From NCBI RefSeq assembly GCF_006345805.1, contig NC_043000.1, forward strand, positions 116,560,001-116,624,000: DNA of 64,000 nucleotides. Direction: 5' to 3'. Below, one piece after another: positions 26,100 to 38,601 of the stretch. Positions within the stretch are counted from its first letter, which is position 1. Each line of letters begins with the position of its first letter. The stretch comes from Octopus sinensis (lineage: Eukaryota). A program made the translations under genes and the position numbers. The notes beneath the pieces were generated by a model, which had not been told where the DNA came from, ran no database searches, and saw only the letters and a list, made by a program, of their open reading frames with translations.

Positions 26100-26905
26100 A
26101 TGTTTTGTGGCATTTCTTCTGACTTCACATTCTGAGTTCAAATTCCACCGAGGTCGACTTTGCCTTTCATCCTTTAGGGGTCGATAAATTAAGTACCAGG
26201 TGAGCACTGGGGTCGATGAACATGACTTGACCCCTCCCCTCATATTTCAGGCCTTGTGCCTATAGCAGAAAAGATGATCATATTTATTACTAAAGCTGGC
26301 AGAATAGTTACTATGTCGGACAAAATGCTTAGTGGTATTTCGTCTGCCGCAACGTTCTGAGTTCAAATTCCACCGAAATCGATTTTGCCTTTCATCATTT
26401 CGGGGTCGATAAAATAAGTACCAGCTGAGCACCTGCAATCTTCTGGCCTTGTGCTTATAACAGAAAGCATTAGTGAAAAAGGCAGCGAGCTGGCAGAAAC
26501 GTTAGCACGCCGGGCGAAATGCTTTCGTCTGCTAAGCATTTTGCCTGTCTTTACGTTCTGAGTTCAAATTCCGCCGAGATCGACTTTGCCTTTCATCCTT
26601 TCGGGGTCGATAAATCAAGTACCAGTTACATACTTGGGTCGATCTAATCGACTAGCCCCCTCCCCAAAATTGTAGGGCCTTGTGCCTAGTGTAGAAATGA
26701 AAGCATTATTAAAATGGCCAGCTGGCACCTAAAAAATGCTAAGCGGCATTTTGTCCGTCCTTATGCTCTGAGTTAAAATTCCGTCGAAGTGGACTTTCCT
26801 TTCATTCTTTCGGGGTCGTTAAGATATGTATCGTTTGAGTTCTGGGGCGGACGTAATCGAATTACCACCTCAACCAAAATCGCTGCCCCTCGTGCCAAAA
26901 TTTGA
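26100..26905 (+). mobile_element. Head-to-tail cluster of four SINE-B copies of different ages
   Basis: Body motif CTTTCATCCTTT..GGGGTCG at about 26165, 26390, 26590 and 26800. Confidence 0.8.
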
Positions 26906-27309
26906 AATCATTATTATTATTACCATTATTTAAACAATTTTTCCATTTACATAGAATCGCACCAGCGAGTGTCCTTTCCTTTATATTATGCGATGCATGT
27001 GTTGGTGGAAAATTAACTGTGATTTCTAGCGTTCTGAGCGACCACATAGAAGCTCCTGCAGCTGTGGAGTATAGTCTGAGAGAGTATAGGGTGAGCATTT
27101 AGCATATTGCTAGTATGTTTTACTGGTTGTGAAATGGTTACCCAGGTACTTGTAACTGTTGTAATTCCAGACCAAAGCTGGTTGAACAAACTTATGATTA
27201 AAGGCAGTCCTCCTAAGACCATCTCCACCTTCCCTATGTACACCAGGTACCCCAGGTGGAACTCATTATCCATCGTGGTTTATTTTAATTCATCAGTGGG
27301 ATTCAGTTT

Positions 27310-27534
27310 GCATTTCTGTTTTAATCTTTTTCATTTATTTCACTCAATGGATTGCGGCCATGCTGGGGTGCCGCCTTGAACGGTTAATCGAACAAAATAA
27401 CACAGGAACTTAATACTTAAGTCTGATGCTTACTCTTTCTGTCTGTTTGCCGAACTGCTATGTTACGTGACGGGGATGCAAACAAACCAACAGCGGTTGC
27501 GAAGCGGTGGGAAGGGGCAAAGAAAGAAAAGGCG

Positions 27535-27573
<39 letters not shown>

Positions 27574-27905
27574 GTATAGATATATATGATATATATGTAT
27601 TACATATACATATATACATATATATATGTATATATATATATAGATAGATACAAATATATATATATGTATACACACACATACACACACATGTATATATAAA
27701 TATATATACAGAGGGTGTGAGAGAGAGAGAGGAGGGAATGATGAGCTTCCACACAGTTTCCATCTACCAAATTCGTCCACAAGGCATTGATCCACCCAGG
27801 GCTGCAGCAGAAGACCCCACTCACCCCCGTTCAAAATGACAGGCAGTGGAACTGAAACCGAAACTGCTCGCAGTGTAAAGCGGCCTTCTTATTCACACAG
27901 CTATG
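27310..27905 (-). mobile_element. Old SINE-A with expanded microsatellite
   Basis: Tail GATTGCGGCCATGCTGGGGTGCCGCC at about 27350; 5' half CCATCTACCAAATTC...GGAACTGAAACC. Confidence 0.75.
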
Positions 27906-28029
27906 CCTGATGCATATTTATTTATTTATTTATTTGTTTATTTATTTATCAATGATGGAGTTTGGTTGCTTGCTTTAGACAGTCGAGCGACTGCGTAGAA
28001 TCGCTGATGGCGTGAGTTTGTTATAGTTA

Positions 28030-28681
28030 TTAATCTTTTCTGCTCTAGCGACAAGGCCGGAAATTTTTGGAAATGGGGGTGGCCAGTTGATTAGATCGAC
28101 CCCTGTACGGAACTTGTACTTAATCTATCAACTCCGAAAAGATGAAAAGCAAAGTTGACCTCGGCGGAATTTGAACACAGAACGTAAAGCAAGACGAAAT
28201 ACCTATTTCTTTATTGCCCACAATGGGCTGACCATCGAAGGGACAAACAAAGACAGACAAACAGATTAAGTCAATTACATCGACCCCAGTGCGTAAGTGG
28301 TACTTATTTAATCGACCCCGAAAGGATGAAAAACATAGTTGACCTCGGCGGAATTTGAACACAGAACGTAAAGGCAGATGAAATACCTATTTCTTTATTA
28401 CCCACAAGGGGCTAAACATAGAGGGGACAAACAAGGACAGACATAGGTATTAAGTCGATTACATCGACCCCAGTGCGTAACTGGTACTTAATTTATCGAC
28501 CCCGAAAGGATGAAAGGTAAAGTCGACCTCGGCGGAATTTGAACTCACGACGTAACGTCAGACGAAATACGGCTACGCATTTCGCCCGGAGTGCTAACGT
28601 CTCTGCCAACCCCCCGCTGGCAGATGAAATACCGCTAAGTATTTCGCCCGGCGTGCTAACATCTCTGCCAGCTCGCCGCCT
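28030..28681 (-). mobile_element. SINE-B concatemer, three bodies at 184-bp period
   Basis: AAATAC at 28197, 28381 and 28565; same linker as 7188-7541; partial head duplication at about 28600-28680. Confidence 0.9.
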
Positions 28682-29034
28682 TTGTAATAATTATTATTGT
28701 AAAGGTGTGGACTGTCGTTTAGTTTTTGGTTGTCAGATAGAATGTGTCGGTGAAGATGATGGCGGTATCGTCTGCGTATGTGTATGCGTGTACGCGCCCG
28801 CGTATGTACGTGTGTGTGTGTGCGTCAACGGTTCGGTTGTAGATTTTGTCATAGACGATGTTTATTGACGTAGGAGGGGGGTAGATACAACCTGTACTAA
28901 CTAATGATATCACAATAGTTAAGTGTATTTGCCGATAATGTTGCTGTCACGGCAAGCTGCGGTGATGCTTGAAGATTTCTGGTAGGTTTGTTGCGTTCCT
29001 GATGTGGCAATAGTTTTATTTTTTTAATCTTTTT

Positions 29035-29310
29035 ACCTTTTTATTTGTCTTGTTACAGGCATTAGACTGTGGCCATGCTGGGGCACCGACTTGAACTTTT
29101 AGACGAATAAAATTGTCCATAGTACTTATTTATTTTTTTTATTAATTTATTTATTTGTTGTGAAGACTGGTACTTATGCTATCGTTCCACGCTGCTGACC
29201 CACTAACTAAAGAGGATGTAACAACACCAACACCGGTGCCTAACGGTAGTCTCTCTTTTTCTTCCCGCTGTCTGTCCCATACACGCGCATACAAACACAC
29301 ACAAAGATAT

Positions 29311-29361
<51 letters not shown>

Positions 29362-29735
29362 TCTTTTACTGTTTTACTTGTTTCAGTCATTTGACTGCGG
29401 CCATGCTGGAGCACCGCCTTTGTCGAGCAAATCGACCACAGGACTTATTCTTGGTAAGCCTAGTATTTATTCTATCCGTCACTTTTGCCGAACCGCTAAG
29501 TTACGGGGACGTAAACACACCAGCTTCGGTTGTCAAGCGATGTTGGGGGGGGGAACAAACACAGACACACAAACACACAGACACACAAACACACACACAC
29601 ATACATATATACGACGGGCTTCTTTCAGTTTCCGTCTACCAAACCCACTCACAAGGCTTAGGTCGGTCCGAAGCTATAGTAGAAAACACTTGCCCAAGAT
29701 GGCACGCAGTGGGACTGAACCCGGAACCACGTAAT
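29035..29735 (-). mobile_element. Two adjacent SINE-A copies (3' half plus near full-length)
   Basis: Tails at about 29050-29085 and 29375-29420. Confidence 0.85.
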
Positions 29736-30355
29736 TGGGAAATAATATTGTTGTTATTTTCATTTATCCACTCCTAAGTTACTTTTGGCGGAGCAGATTT
29801 GCGATCGAAGGTATTCCATCTGTGAACATCCCGTCATTTTATAAACATTATATAAAGGTAAGGCGAAGGTAGTGAACTAACGGCAGGGACGTTAAAGCGT
29901 TGGACAGAGTGCATTGCAGTGTTTGTACTGGCTTTCTAAGTTCGAATCCTGCTGCTTCACCACTAACTTCACCCTTAAATGCTTGCGCGTATTTTTTCAA
30001 CTCCTCATCCTTTCTTCTCCTCCAACACTTCTTCTTCTTCTCTCTATCCTCCACCACCCGACTCACTCCCTCTGCTTTCTCGATCGCACACACACACACA
30101 CACACACTCTCTCTCCCTCTCTCTCTCACACACACATACACATTCATCCTCTGTCTAGCTGTCTCTTCCTCTCTCTCTCAATCTACCTCTCGCTCTTCTT
30201 CTGTCGTCCTCTCTCTCTTCCTCCAAAATGATGCGGTCAAGGATCCAACGTTCCTATTGCGGAGCCACGAAACATTTTTTCTCCACCACAGGTAAAAATA
30301 TAATAAAATAATTAGAGAAACTATGTTGTTAAGACGGCCTTTTATTTTTGTAGAT

Positions 30356-30752
30356 CAGAGGTTCTCAAACATTTGGGGCCACCGACCGCCCCTCCATGGC
30401 CACATAATCCCGATTTTCAGGTATAAATAAATATTTTATATTCTACTAATTTATATATATTAAGAATCATTTGATATTTAATATAACTTACTCTTTTACT
30501 TGTTTCAGTCATTTGACAGTGGCCATGCTGGAACACCGCCTTTAGTCGAGCAAATCGACCCCAGGACTTATTCTTTGTAAGCCTAGTACTTATTCTATCG
30601 GCATCTTTTGCCGAACCGCTGAGTTACGGGGACGTAAACACACCAGTATCGGTTGCCAAGCGATGCTGGGAGACAAACATACACACACACACACACACCA
30701 CCACACACACACACACCCACACAGAACACACACACAACAACACATATATATA

Positions 30753-30795
<43 letters not shown>

Positions 30796-31149
30796 CACAT
30801 ACATACTACGGTATTCTTTCAGTTTCCGTCTACCAAATCCACTCACAAGGCTTTGGTCGACCCGAGGCTATAGTAGAAGACACTTGCCCAAGGTGCCACG
30901 CAGTGGGACTGAACCCGGAACCATGTGGTTGGTAAGCAAGCTACTTACCACACAGCTACTCCTACGCCTTGTATACAATACTATAATAATATTTTTTAAA
31001 TTTATAGCGTCCCCCAATTTACATCCTTCCTCACAACGCCTCCGTTTTCTCGACAACCCCTCACCACCACTTAGGCGCCAGCCCTCACCTGGACCGTCTC
31101 AACGCCCACCGGGGAGGGGGGGCGGTAGCGCCCGCTTTGAGAACTTATG
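30356..31149. mobile_element. hAT/Charlie-type MITE interrupted by a SINE-A
   Basis: Ends CAGAGGTTCTCAAAC and CTTTGAGAACTTATG; 8-bp flanks TTGTAGAT and TTTTAGAC (6/8 match, central TA, Charlie-like). Confidence 0.65.
30490..30968 (-). mobile_element. Young full-length SINE-A
   Basis: Near-consensus sequence throughout. Confidence 0.9.
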
Positions 31150-31469
31150 TTTTAGACGATACGATTATACTTTGAAGGTATTTAGTCACTATTTCTGACA
31201 GATCGGTTTACCACGCAGGAGAAGACTTCCTGGTAGTGTTTATAAACGTAATAGCTTGTTTATGTGTTGCCGCTGGTGATATAGATGGAGTGTTTGTTGT
31301 TGTTGCAGTTGTTGTTGTTTTTGTTGTTGTTGTTGTGGTGGTGGTGGTGGTGGTATTGCGAGGTGGTAATAGCGTCTAAAGAAGTTTGTGGTATTCCTGG
31401 AGAGGGTGGTGATGAAAACATCAGAGAAATGGAGATGTCCTTGATAGGGGGGTAGGGGGGAAACAGGCG

Positions 31470-31533
31470 CTAACAGTAGTAGTAGTAGTAGTAGTAGTAA
31501 CGCCGTTGTCGTTCTTGTGGGACTGATTGGAGC

Positions 31534-31576
<43 letters not shown>

Positions 31577-31815
31577 ACAGCAGTACTAGTAATGGCAGCA
31601 GCAGCAGTAGTAGTAATGGAAGTTATTGTAGTAGTTGTTGCTGTTGTTGCTGCTGTTGTTCTTGTGGGACTGATTGGAGTAGTAGTAGTAGTAGTAGTAT
31701 AGTAGTAGTAGTGACCATAGCAGTGGTAGTAGTAGTACTACTACTACTAGTACTAATAGTAGTAGTAGTAGTAAGAGCAGGAGTAGTGACCATAGCAGTG
31801 GTAGTAGTTGAAGTT

Positions 31816-31846
<31 letters not shown>

Positions 31847-31915
31847 CAGCAACTAGTGTGATATCAGTAGTAGTAGTTGTTGTTGCCGCTGGTGTCGTTC
31901 ATGTTGGAATGACTG

Positions 31916-31950
<35 letters not shown>

Positions 31951-32365
31951 ACCATAGCAGTGTATCGTAGTGGTAGTGTGTACTACTACTACTAGTACTA
32001 ATAGTAGTAGTAGTAGTAAGAGCAGGAGTAGTGACCATAGCAGTGGTAGTAGTTGAAGTTGCAGCAGCAGCAGCAGCAGCAGCAGCGTAGCAGTAGCAGC
32101 AACTAGTGTGATATCAGTAGTAGTAGTTGTTGTTGCCGCTGGTGTCGTTCATGTTGGAATGACTGGAGTAGTAGTAGTAGTAGCAGTAGCAGCAGTAGTA
32201 GTAATAGTGGTGGTGGTGGTGCTAGAAGGACGAGCAGGAGGTGAAGAAGAAGAAGAAGAAGAGAAGAAGAAGAAGAGAAGAAGGGAAAGACGGTTATGAT
32301 GATGATGACGACAGCAATGACAATAATGGTGGTGGTGGTGGTGGTGGTGGTGGTGGTGGCGGTGG
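31470..32365. repeat. Compound (TAG/CAG/TTG)n tract containing a ~240-bp direct duplication
   Basis: GTGACCATAGCAGTG...ACTAGTGTGATATCAG...CATGTTGGAATGACTGGAG at about 31710-31945 and again at about 31950-32185. Confidence 0.9.
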
Positions 32366-32897
32366 TGCATTTACAGTTGACATTGTTAAGTTAAACGTTG
32401 AAAGCTTTCCGAGTTTTCCTTTATCGATTCATCTTAAATTTCGCTCTCCAACTCTGTAAACAGAAAAGAGAAAAAACAACAACAAAAGAGTGGGTGGGGG
32501 AAGCATATCTATAAACATAAGACACAAACACATAAAATAAATTCAATGAAACCCATGCGTGTATGCAGCGAAGACAAACAGCGAACGTATTATAAGTATG
32601 TTACCCGTGAAAAACAAAACGTATAAAAGACATGCCTTTACATATATATATCTATATATAATAGGTATCTGCGTGTGGAAGAGTTGCATCAGCAGGTCTA
32701 CGTAATCTGGTTCTCTGCAAGAAGCTGCGAGAGACAGGCAGACACACGCACACACGGCCACACAAAATATACGTGCAGCACACTACCGTCGGTGTGTGTG
32801 TGTGTGTGTGTATCTGCGTGTGGGTGCATACATATCTATGTATGCCGATATCTGCAAGTGTATATATGCGTATGAATGTATTATATATATAAATAAA

Positions 32898-32928
<31 letters not shown>

Positions 32929-33264
32929 CATATTTATGTATATACGTATATTTATATAGGTAATGAAATATATATATATGTATATATGTATATTTATATA
33001 TATATATGTATGTACGTATATATCTATATTTTTATATGTATGTACTTATATATGCATATGTATATATGTATATGTATATATATTGTAAAATGTATATATA
33101 TATAATTATATATTATATATATATTATATAATTGTATATATATATGTGTGGGTGTATACATATATGCATAATATAATTATATATATCTATATGTATATAT
33201 ATATATTATATATATGTATATAAATACATATATATATGTATATATATATGATAATAGTAATCAT

Positions 33265-33660
33265 ATGAGGGAATATTATTCCAAACTTATAGGGAAAATT
33301 AAATTTAGAAATACTAAATAAATTTCACACAATGTAATATATATATAGATATATAAATTAGAATAAAACCACCTTTCATCAATTCAATTATGAAAAATTA
33401 AGTTATACCATTAAGAAAAATTATATATTATAGAAAGATTAAATATAAGATAAGACATATAACAATGATTAAGTAATGTGCAAAATAATAACGTACCCTC
33501 TCTATCAATGCATTGGAAACACTTCAAACCAATTCCGTTTTAATAAGGAAAACATACTGATTATATACATTCTAAATTGCACAGGGAACATTTTTTTGGC
33601 AAATATTTACTCGAGGGTCAGTCCTTGTTGACAATGGAGCCTTTCCAGTTGCACACGTCT
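33265..33660 (-). mobile_element. Probable Penelope-like element 3' coding remnant
   Basis: Minus translation KKCSLCNLE (33570-33596) then LKRN, resembling the CxxC..KRNE..CxH motif after the GIY-YIG domain; ends next to (TA)n. Confidence 0.35.
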
Positions 33661-33714
33661 TTTTAGACATAGAAGCCAGATCTTCTTAGCCGCACTGCAC
33701 TGACTTTGTTGAGT

Positions 33715-34215
33715 AAAACTTACCCGTACGCTATTCTTTTGTTATCTTTGCCTGTGAAATTTGGAAGGGGCGTGATATTTCCGAGGTTTACACCCCCACC
33801 CATTGTTTTCCTGACAAAAACAGGGTTTTGTGGCATATTAAGAGCTCACCGTAATTCATTCTACGGAAAAAAATTTTCCAAAACATCCGGGACGCCCCCC
33901 CCCCCCCCATTTTTTCCGAACCACCGAAATAAGGGATCAACAGAAAAGTAGCAGGTCAGGGAAGTTGATTCCACGCGAAAAATCTTTTCTTTTTTTTTCT
34001 GTGTTGAAAATCGTGGGGATGTACTTATTGGGTTTGCTCTAGAGGCCCCAATATCGAGTTTTTTTTAAAAAAAAGCTAAGTACCCTATGTCCGAGTCAGG
34101 AATATGAAGCCGTTGTGTATAATTTTTTTAAAGAAATCGGATGAAAGATGTAAAGGTTACTGCTGTACATTAAATTCTTTTACACACAATTTCAATTTTA
34201 TATATATTAAGATAA
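33715..34215 (-). mobile_element. Helitron/DINE-like non-autonomous element (3' end degenerate)
   Basis: Ends TTTTATATATATTAAGA|T as in the other Helitron-like copies; AAATCGGATGA motif; CTAG end not clearly preserved. Confidence 0.4.
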
Positions 34216-34715
34216 GTCGCACAATACTGATTTCATTTTGAAGTTGTCACCAAACATTCATAATTCAACATTTCTTAGACTCATGCATAAATCTCACCCA
34301 CCCTGCAAGCCGTGATTTTTTCCTTGCAACTTTATACGCAATATAAAAGTTATACCCGAATAAATACAATATATGTGTATTTTCCACAACGCTTAATTCT
34401 TCTGGGCATGTCATAAGGGAAACGCGAAAATGTAATTGCCGTAAGGTGCACAGCGAGTGTTTGTTCCTACTTTCGATTTGTATCTTTCATAAATGTGAAA
34501 AACATTTATTAAAAGCTGGCATGTTATTGGCATTTGCTTATGCAACTGAAGTACGATTTGCATGCCTTACATACAGGCAAGCATACGTATACAGACGCAC
34601 GTACACATACGAACACACGCACACATGAATACACACCTTCATACATACAAATCTATATAGGCACATTCATATAGATATACGCTTATTACACGCGTGTGTG
34701 TGTATATGCGTGTAT

Positions 34716-34746
<31 letters not shown>

Positions 34747-35662
34747 AAGATATATATATTATATATATATAATATATATAATATATTATATATATATATA
34801 TATTGTATTAATATATATATTTACATGCATATAACATACATATATGTACATACCTACATATATATGTATTATACATGCATATATACAGGACATCAAAAAT
34901 CGTTGAACACAATGGGAAACGAAAATATAAAAACAAAAACACAGAAAACGAATTTTTTTTTCGAATAACGAAAAAATAAAACAGAGAAGCGAGACATGCA
35001 ACATAAAGAATATTCCCCTTCATCAGTTGTCTCTGTTTCATCTACTTTGCGGTTTGTGCTTGCTTTCAAACTTCAAAACTTTTAAACTGTCATATGCATC
35101 ATATATTTATACTTATACATATATATATATACACTTCCAAAGAAACATAATTTTTTATGAAATCCTAATATTTTAAACGGACTTTTTAATATTTTCTCAA
35201 GATTTTTTCCTTGTAAACTGTTTTTAAAATTTCTCTTATTATTATCAAAGAATGTATATATGTATTTTTAATATTTTGTGACAACCAGTACTTAACACAA
35301 CAAAGCTTTTACATTTTACATTTGACAATTCTTTTCTAAAAAAAAGCGAAACCAGCCAAGTGAATAAACATCTTTAAAAAATGCATTTTCAAACTTCTTT
35401 CATATATATTGCCACTCGTGCGGTAACCTTACAACTTCACTTAGTTATATATATATAATATATATAATATATATCTATAATATATATATATATAATATGT
35501 ATATATATATTTCCCCTTACATTACCACGTGTAGTTTCTATTTTCTTTTTTGGTGTATATATATATATATATATGATATATTGGTAAAAACGGTAAGATA
35601 ACAAAAGAAACAAAGAGACCTCAATATTATGTAAATAGAGGAATTAATCTGTAAAATTAATA

Positions 35663-36058
35663 TGTCACAATTATTCGGTAGCCAAGGTAAAACTCTGAGT
35701 TTCGGATACCGAGGAGGAAATCCACACCACCATCTCATTTGGCGAAAGATGCGAGCGAAGATGTGTACGTTTTTCTAGTGGTGTACGCATATGCACGTTG
35801 GCGTGTGCGAATGCACATGTATACGAATGAACAGACGCGCTTACGCGTATACTATGAACTTTTTACCTTACCTTAATTAGCGGTCATTCGAATAGCGCTT
35901 TTGTATAAATAGCGGTCTATAACACAGTAATTTCCCTTTGTATAACGGTCTTTTTTCATAGCGTTTTTCCGATGGCCGGATAACTGAAGAGATGGTAGTG
36001 TGGATTCCACCTCGGCATCCGAAACTCAGAGTTTATTGTGGCTACCGAATAATTGTCA
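35663..36058. mobile_element. Inverted pair of Penelope-like terminal repeats, family P3
   Basis: 35663-35737 is the approximate reverse complement of 35988-36058 (GAGATGGTRGTGTGGATT...TCCGAAACTCAGAGTT...GGCTACCGAATAATTGT). Confidence 0.7.
35978..36037 (+). ncRNA. Type I hammerhead-ribozyme-like motif with canonical core
   Basis: GGAUAA-CUGAAGA-GAUG...CAUC C-GAA-ACUC A GAGU-U; canonical CUGANGA and GAAA, 4-bp stem III with 1-nt loop, GUU triplet; stem I imperfect in this copy. Confidence 0.5.
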
Positions 36059-36096
36059 CCCAACACACACCAAACACACACACACACACACACACA

Positions 36097-36133
<37 letters not shown>

Positions 36134-36176
36134 CATATACATATTTCCACTCGTGCGGTACTTACAACTTCACTGT

Positions 36177-36224
<48 letters not shown>

Positions 36225-36261
36225 ATATATCCACTAGTGCAGTACCTACACTTCACTTTCT

Positions 36262-36297
<36 letters not shown>

Positions 36298-36772
36298 AAG
36301 ACAATTAGATTGAATACGGAGATTAGTACATCTGCATATTTTTCTAGTCAGTTATACACCATATTTAGTTTAAATCTCCCCGACGCACATTTCTGTTGCA
36401 TTTTCAATCAGCTATTTCCCGCCAGTTAGCAATCTATGCAACTTTTTCAAGGTCTGTTTGCAGGAAGCAAAGTGCATGTAGGCTTGGCTAACGTTATTTT
36501 GCTAGGATAATATAGCTTTTGAGAGAAGAGAATGTGAGAGGGAGATTTGGAAATTTAATACTGCTATAAAAAAAAGACTATTAAAAGGTTGGCCTCGTCG
36601 TGATAGTGGTATTAAGTCCGAAATAAGTGTACTAAACCTTCAAGTAGGTCAAAGTGTATTTTTGTAACACTAGCCTTATGTGAGTTATGGCCTTGTGACG
36701 TTCCGATATTGTGTACAACTACTGGTTATTAAATTAGATAAAATTTAATATATGAGGTATGAATAATTTATT

Positions 36773-37169
36773 TACGAGGCCAATTCAGTTCAGAACGTTG
36801 CGATGATTTTCTCCCAGAACGTTCGTCAATGTTGACATTTTCCGGCAATCTTGGAAACCTCTGAGTCACTCGTCCACTTGTGTTCGGTTCATACACTCCT
36901 CTCCATACAGTTTCTGCAACTTTGCGTGGGCCTCTTAGCAGGTATCGCCATGTCATGTCAACTTTCCCACTCATAGTCAATGTGACGATCACACGCTACA
37001 CACCTTTCTTCCAAGCATTACTGTAAACAGCGGAAGAGAGCTAGATAGTTAAAACTTAGTACGCATGCACAGGAGAGATCAAGGTCAATCTTTGCCAAGC
37101 GGCTTTACTCCGAGTATTTTGGATTGTCACTATGACAGCAGTCCGGATACCTATTGATCAGACCTCGTA
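36773..37169 (-). mobile_element. Mariner 5' end with TIR and decayed transposase N-terminus
   Basis: TIR TACGAGGTCTGATCAATAGGTATCCGGACTG (37169 to 37140); translation EAHAKLQKLYGEECMNRTQVDE*LRGFQDCR, frameshift, ENVNIDERSGR, typical of the mariner HTH region. Confidence 0.75.
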
Positions 37170-37284
37170 TATATTAGTTCCCCTCGTTGAACGTTTAAAG
37201 TACAAAATTGAAGTAGAAATTGTGTTAGGAAGTCTCTGCCATGAGGAAAACCATGCTAGTTGGAATGTCAAGAATTACTCTCTA

Positions 37285-37329
<45 letters not shown>

Positions 37330-37378
37330 GGGTGGGGTGTATGTGTGTGTGCGTGTATATATATATATATATATATAT

Positions 37379-37750
37379 ATTAGTTATCGCCATACTAATA
37401 TGGCATTCTTATTAAAAATAAGAATAAAGCGTGCCGCTTATTAGCTCCATGAGGCCATCGCCTTAAGTTAGCTATTTGATACACAAACTGTATCCATATA
37501 ACCTTTGAACAAGGGAGGTCAGTCGCTCCACTACTTGGCCGGCAGCTACAGACGCGTTCGGGGTATTGCCCCTTTTCAATGCAGCGTAGCCAGACCAGTA
37601 GGTGTCACTTCTGACTCCCTTGTTCAAAGGTATATGGATACAGTTGTGTATCAAATAGCTAACTTAAGGCGATGGCCTCATGGAGCTAATAAGCGGACAG
37701 CTTTATTCTTATTTTTATAAGAATGCCATATTAGTATGGCGATAACTAAT
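37379..37750. mobile_element. Long-TIR fold-back/MITE: ~140-bp arms around an ~89-bp spacer
   Basis: ATTAGTTATCGCCATACTAATATGGCATTC...GAACAAGGGAGGTCAG mirrored by CTGACTCCCTTGTTC...GCCATATTAGTATGGCGATAACTAAT. Confidence 0.85.
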
Positions 37751-37854
37751 ATTTTCCGGAACGCTGCCGTTGTTCTCTTTTAGAGAGACTTAGTAATTTT
37801 AATATTTCTATTATTGAAAACAAGTGGATGTATTCCACCGAAGCTAGGTAAATA

Positions 37855-38173
37855 AACCTTTGAACAGAGATTGTCAGAAGTGACACCTACTGGTCTGGCT
37901 ACGCTGCATTGAAAAGGGGCAATACCCCGAAACGCGTCTGTAGCTGCCGGCCAAGTAGTGTGGAGCGACTGACCTCCCTTGTTCAAAGGGTTATGGATAC
38001 AGTTTGTGTTGTATCAAATAGCTAACTTAGGCGATGGCCTCATGGAGCTAATAAGCGGACAGCTTTATTCTTTTTTATAAGAATGCCATATTAGTATGGC
38101 GATAACTAATATTTTCCGGGAACGCTGCCGTTGTCTCTTTTAGAGAGACTTAGTAATTTTAATATTTCTATTA
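37855..38173. mobile_element. Second, partial copy with the spacer inverted and the same right flank
   Basis: 37878-37968 is the reverse complement of spacer 37522-37610; TIR to 38110; 38111-38173 repeats 37751-37813. Confidence 0.85.
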
Positions 38174-38207
38174 TATATAGATATATATATATATATATAT
38201 ATATATA

Positions 38208-38243
<36 letters not shown>

Positions 38244-38601
38244 TATACATATATATATACACATATATATATGCGTGCTTCTGTGTTATTTGTATGTATG
38301 TTATATGCTGTTCTGTTGGTCGTGAATACCACGACATTCTGCCAGTCACCATCTGCCGTGGTGTTGCGCACGTAACACTTTGTTGCAACATGTGGTCTCT
38401 GACGTCTATAGTTAATCACTCGATAATGAAAGCCGACCGATGTAATATGAGATGCTTACGTACATTATATACTGAGGCCGGTAAAGATATGCATTTCTAC
38501 AATCGCTGGCAGATCTGCAACTTATAGGAAGTACTTATAAGATGCCCCAGCATGGCTTCAGTCTATTGACCGAAAGAAAGAAATGGGAGAGAAAAGATAT
38601 A

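Larger units (their letters stand above)
26930..29030 (-). pseudogene. Ancient RTE-like reverse transcriptase fossil in three pieces, split by younger SINEs
   Basis: Colinear minus-strand remnants: VSTGCIYPP..NIVYD..YADDTAII (about 28910-28740), RLSKASNQ..LINK (about 28000-27940), DNEFHLG..LRLYST..MWSL..FHQHMHRII (about 27270-26980). Confidence 0.45.

Noticed and set aside
30226-30300. ATG...CACAG|GTAAAA candidate first exon after a (CT)n tract
   Set aside because: Only a weak donor and 22 unremarkable codons
34985-35050. CTGATGA and GAAAC motifs on the minus strand
   Set aside because: Order and spacing do not give stems I-III with an NUH triplet in this copy
38330-38520. MWSLT...MRCLR, an RTE-like motif on the plus strand
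   Set aside because: Too degenerate to call without a profile search
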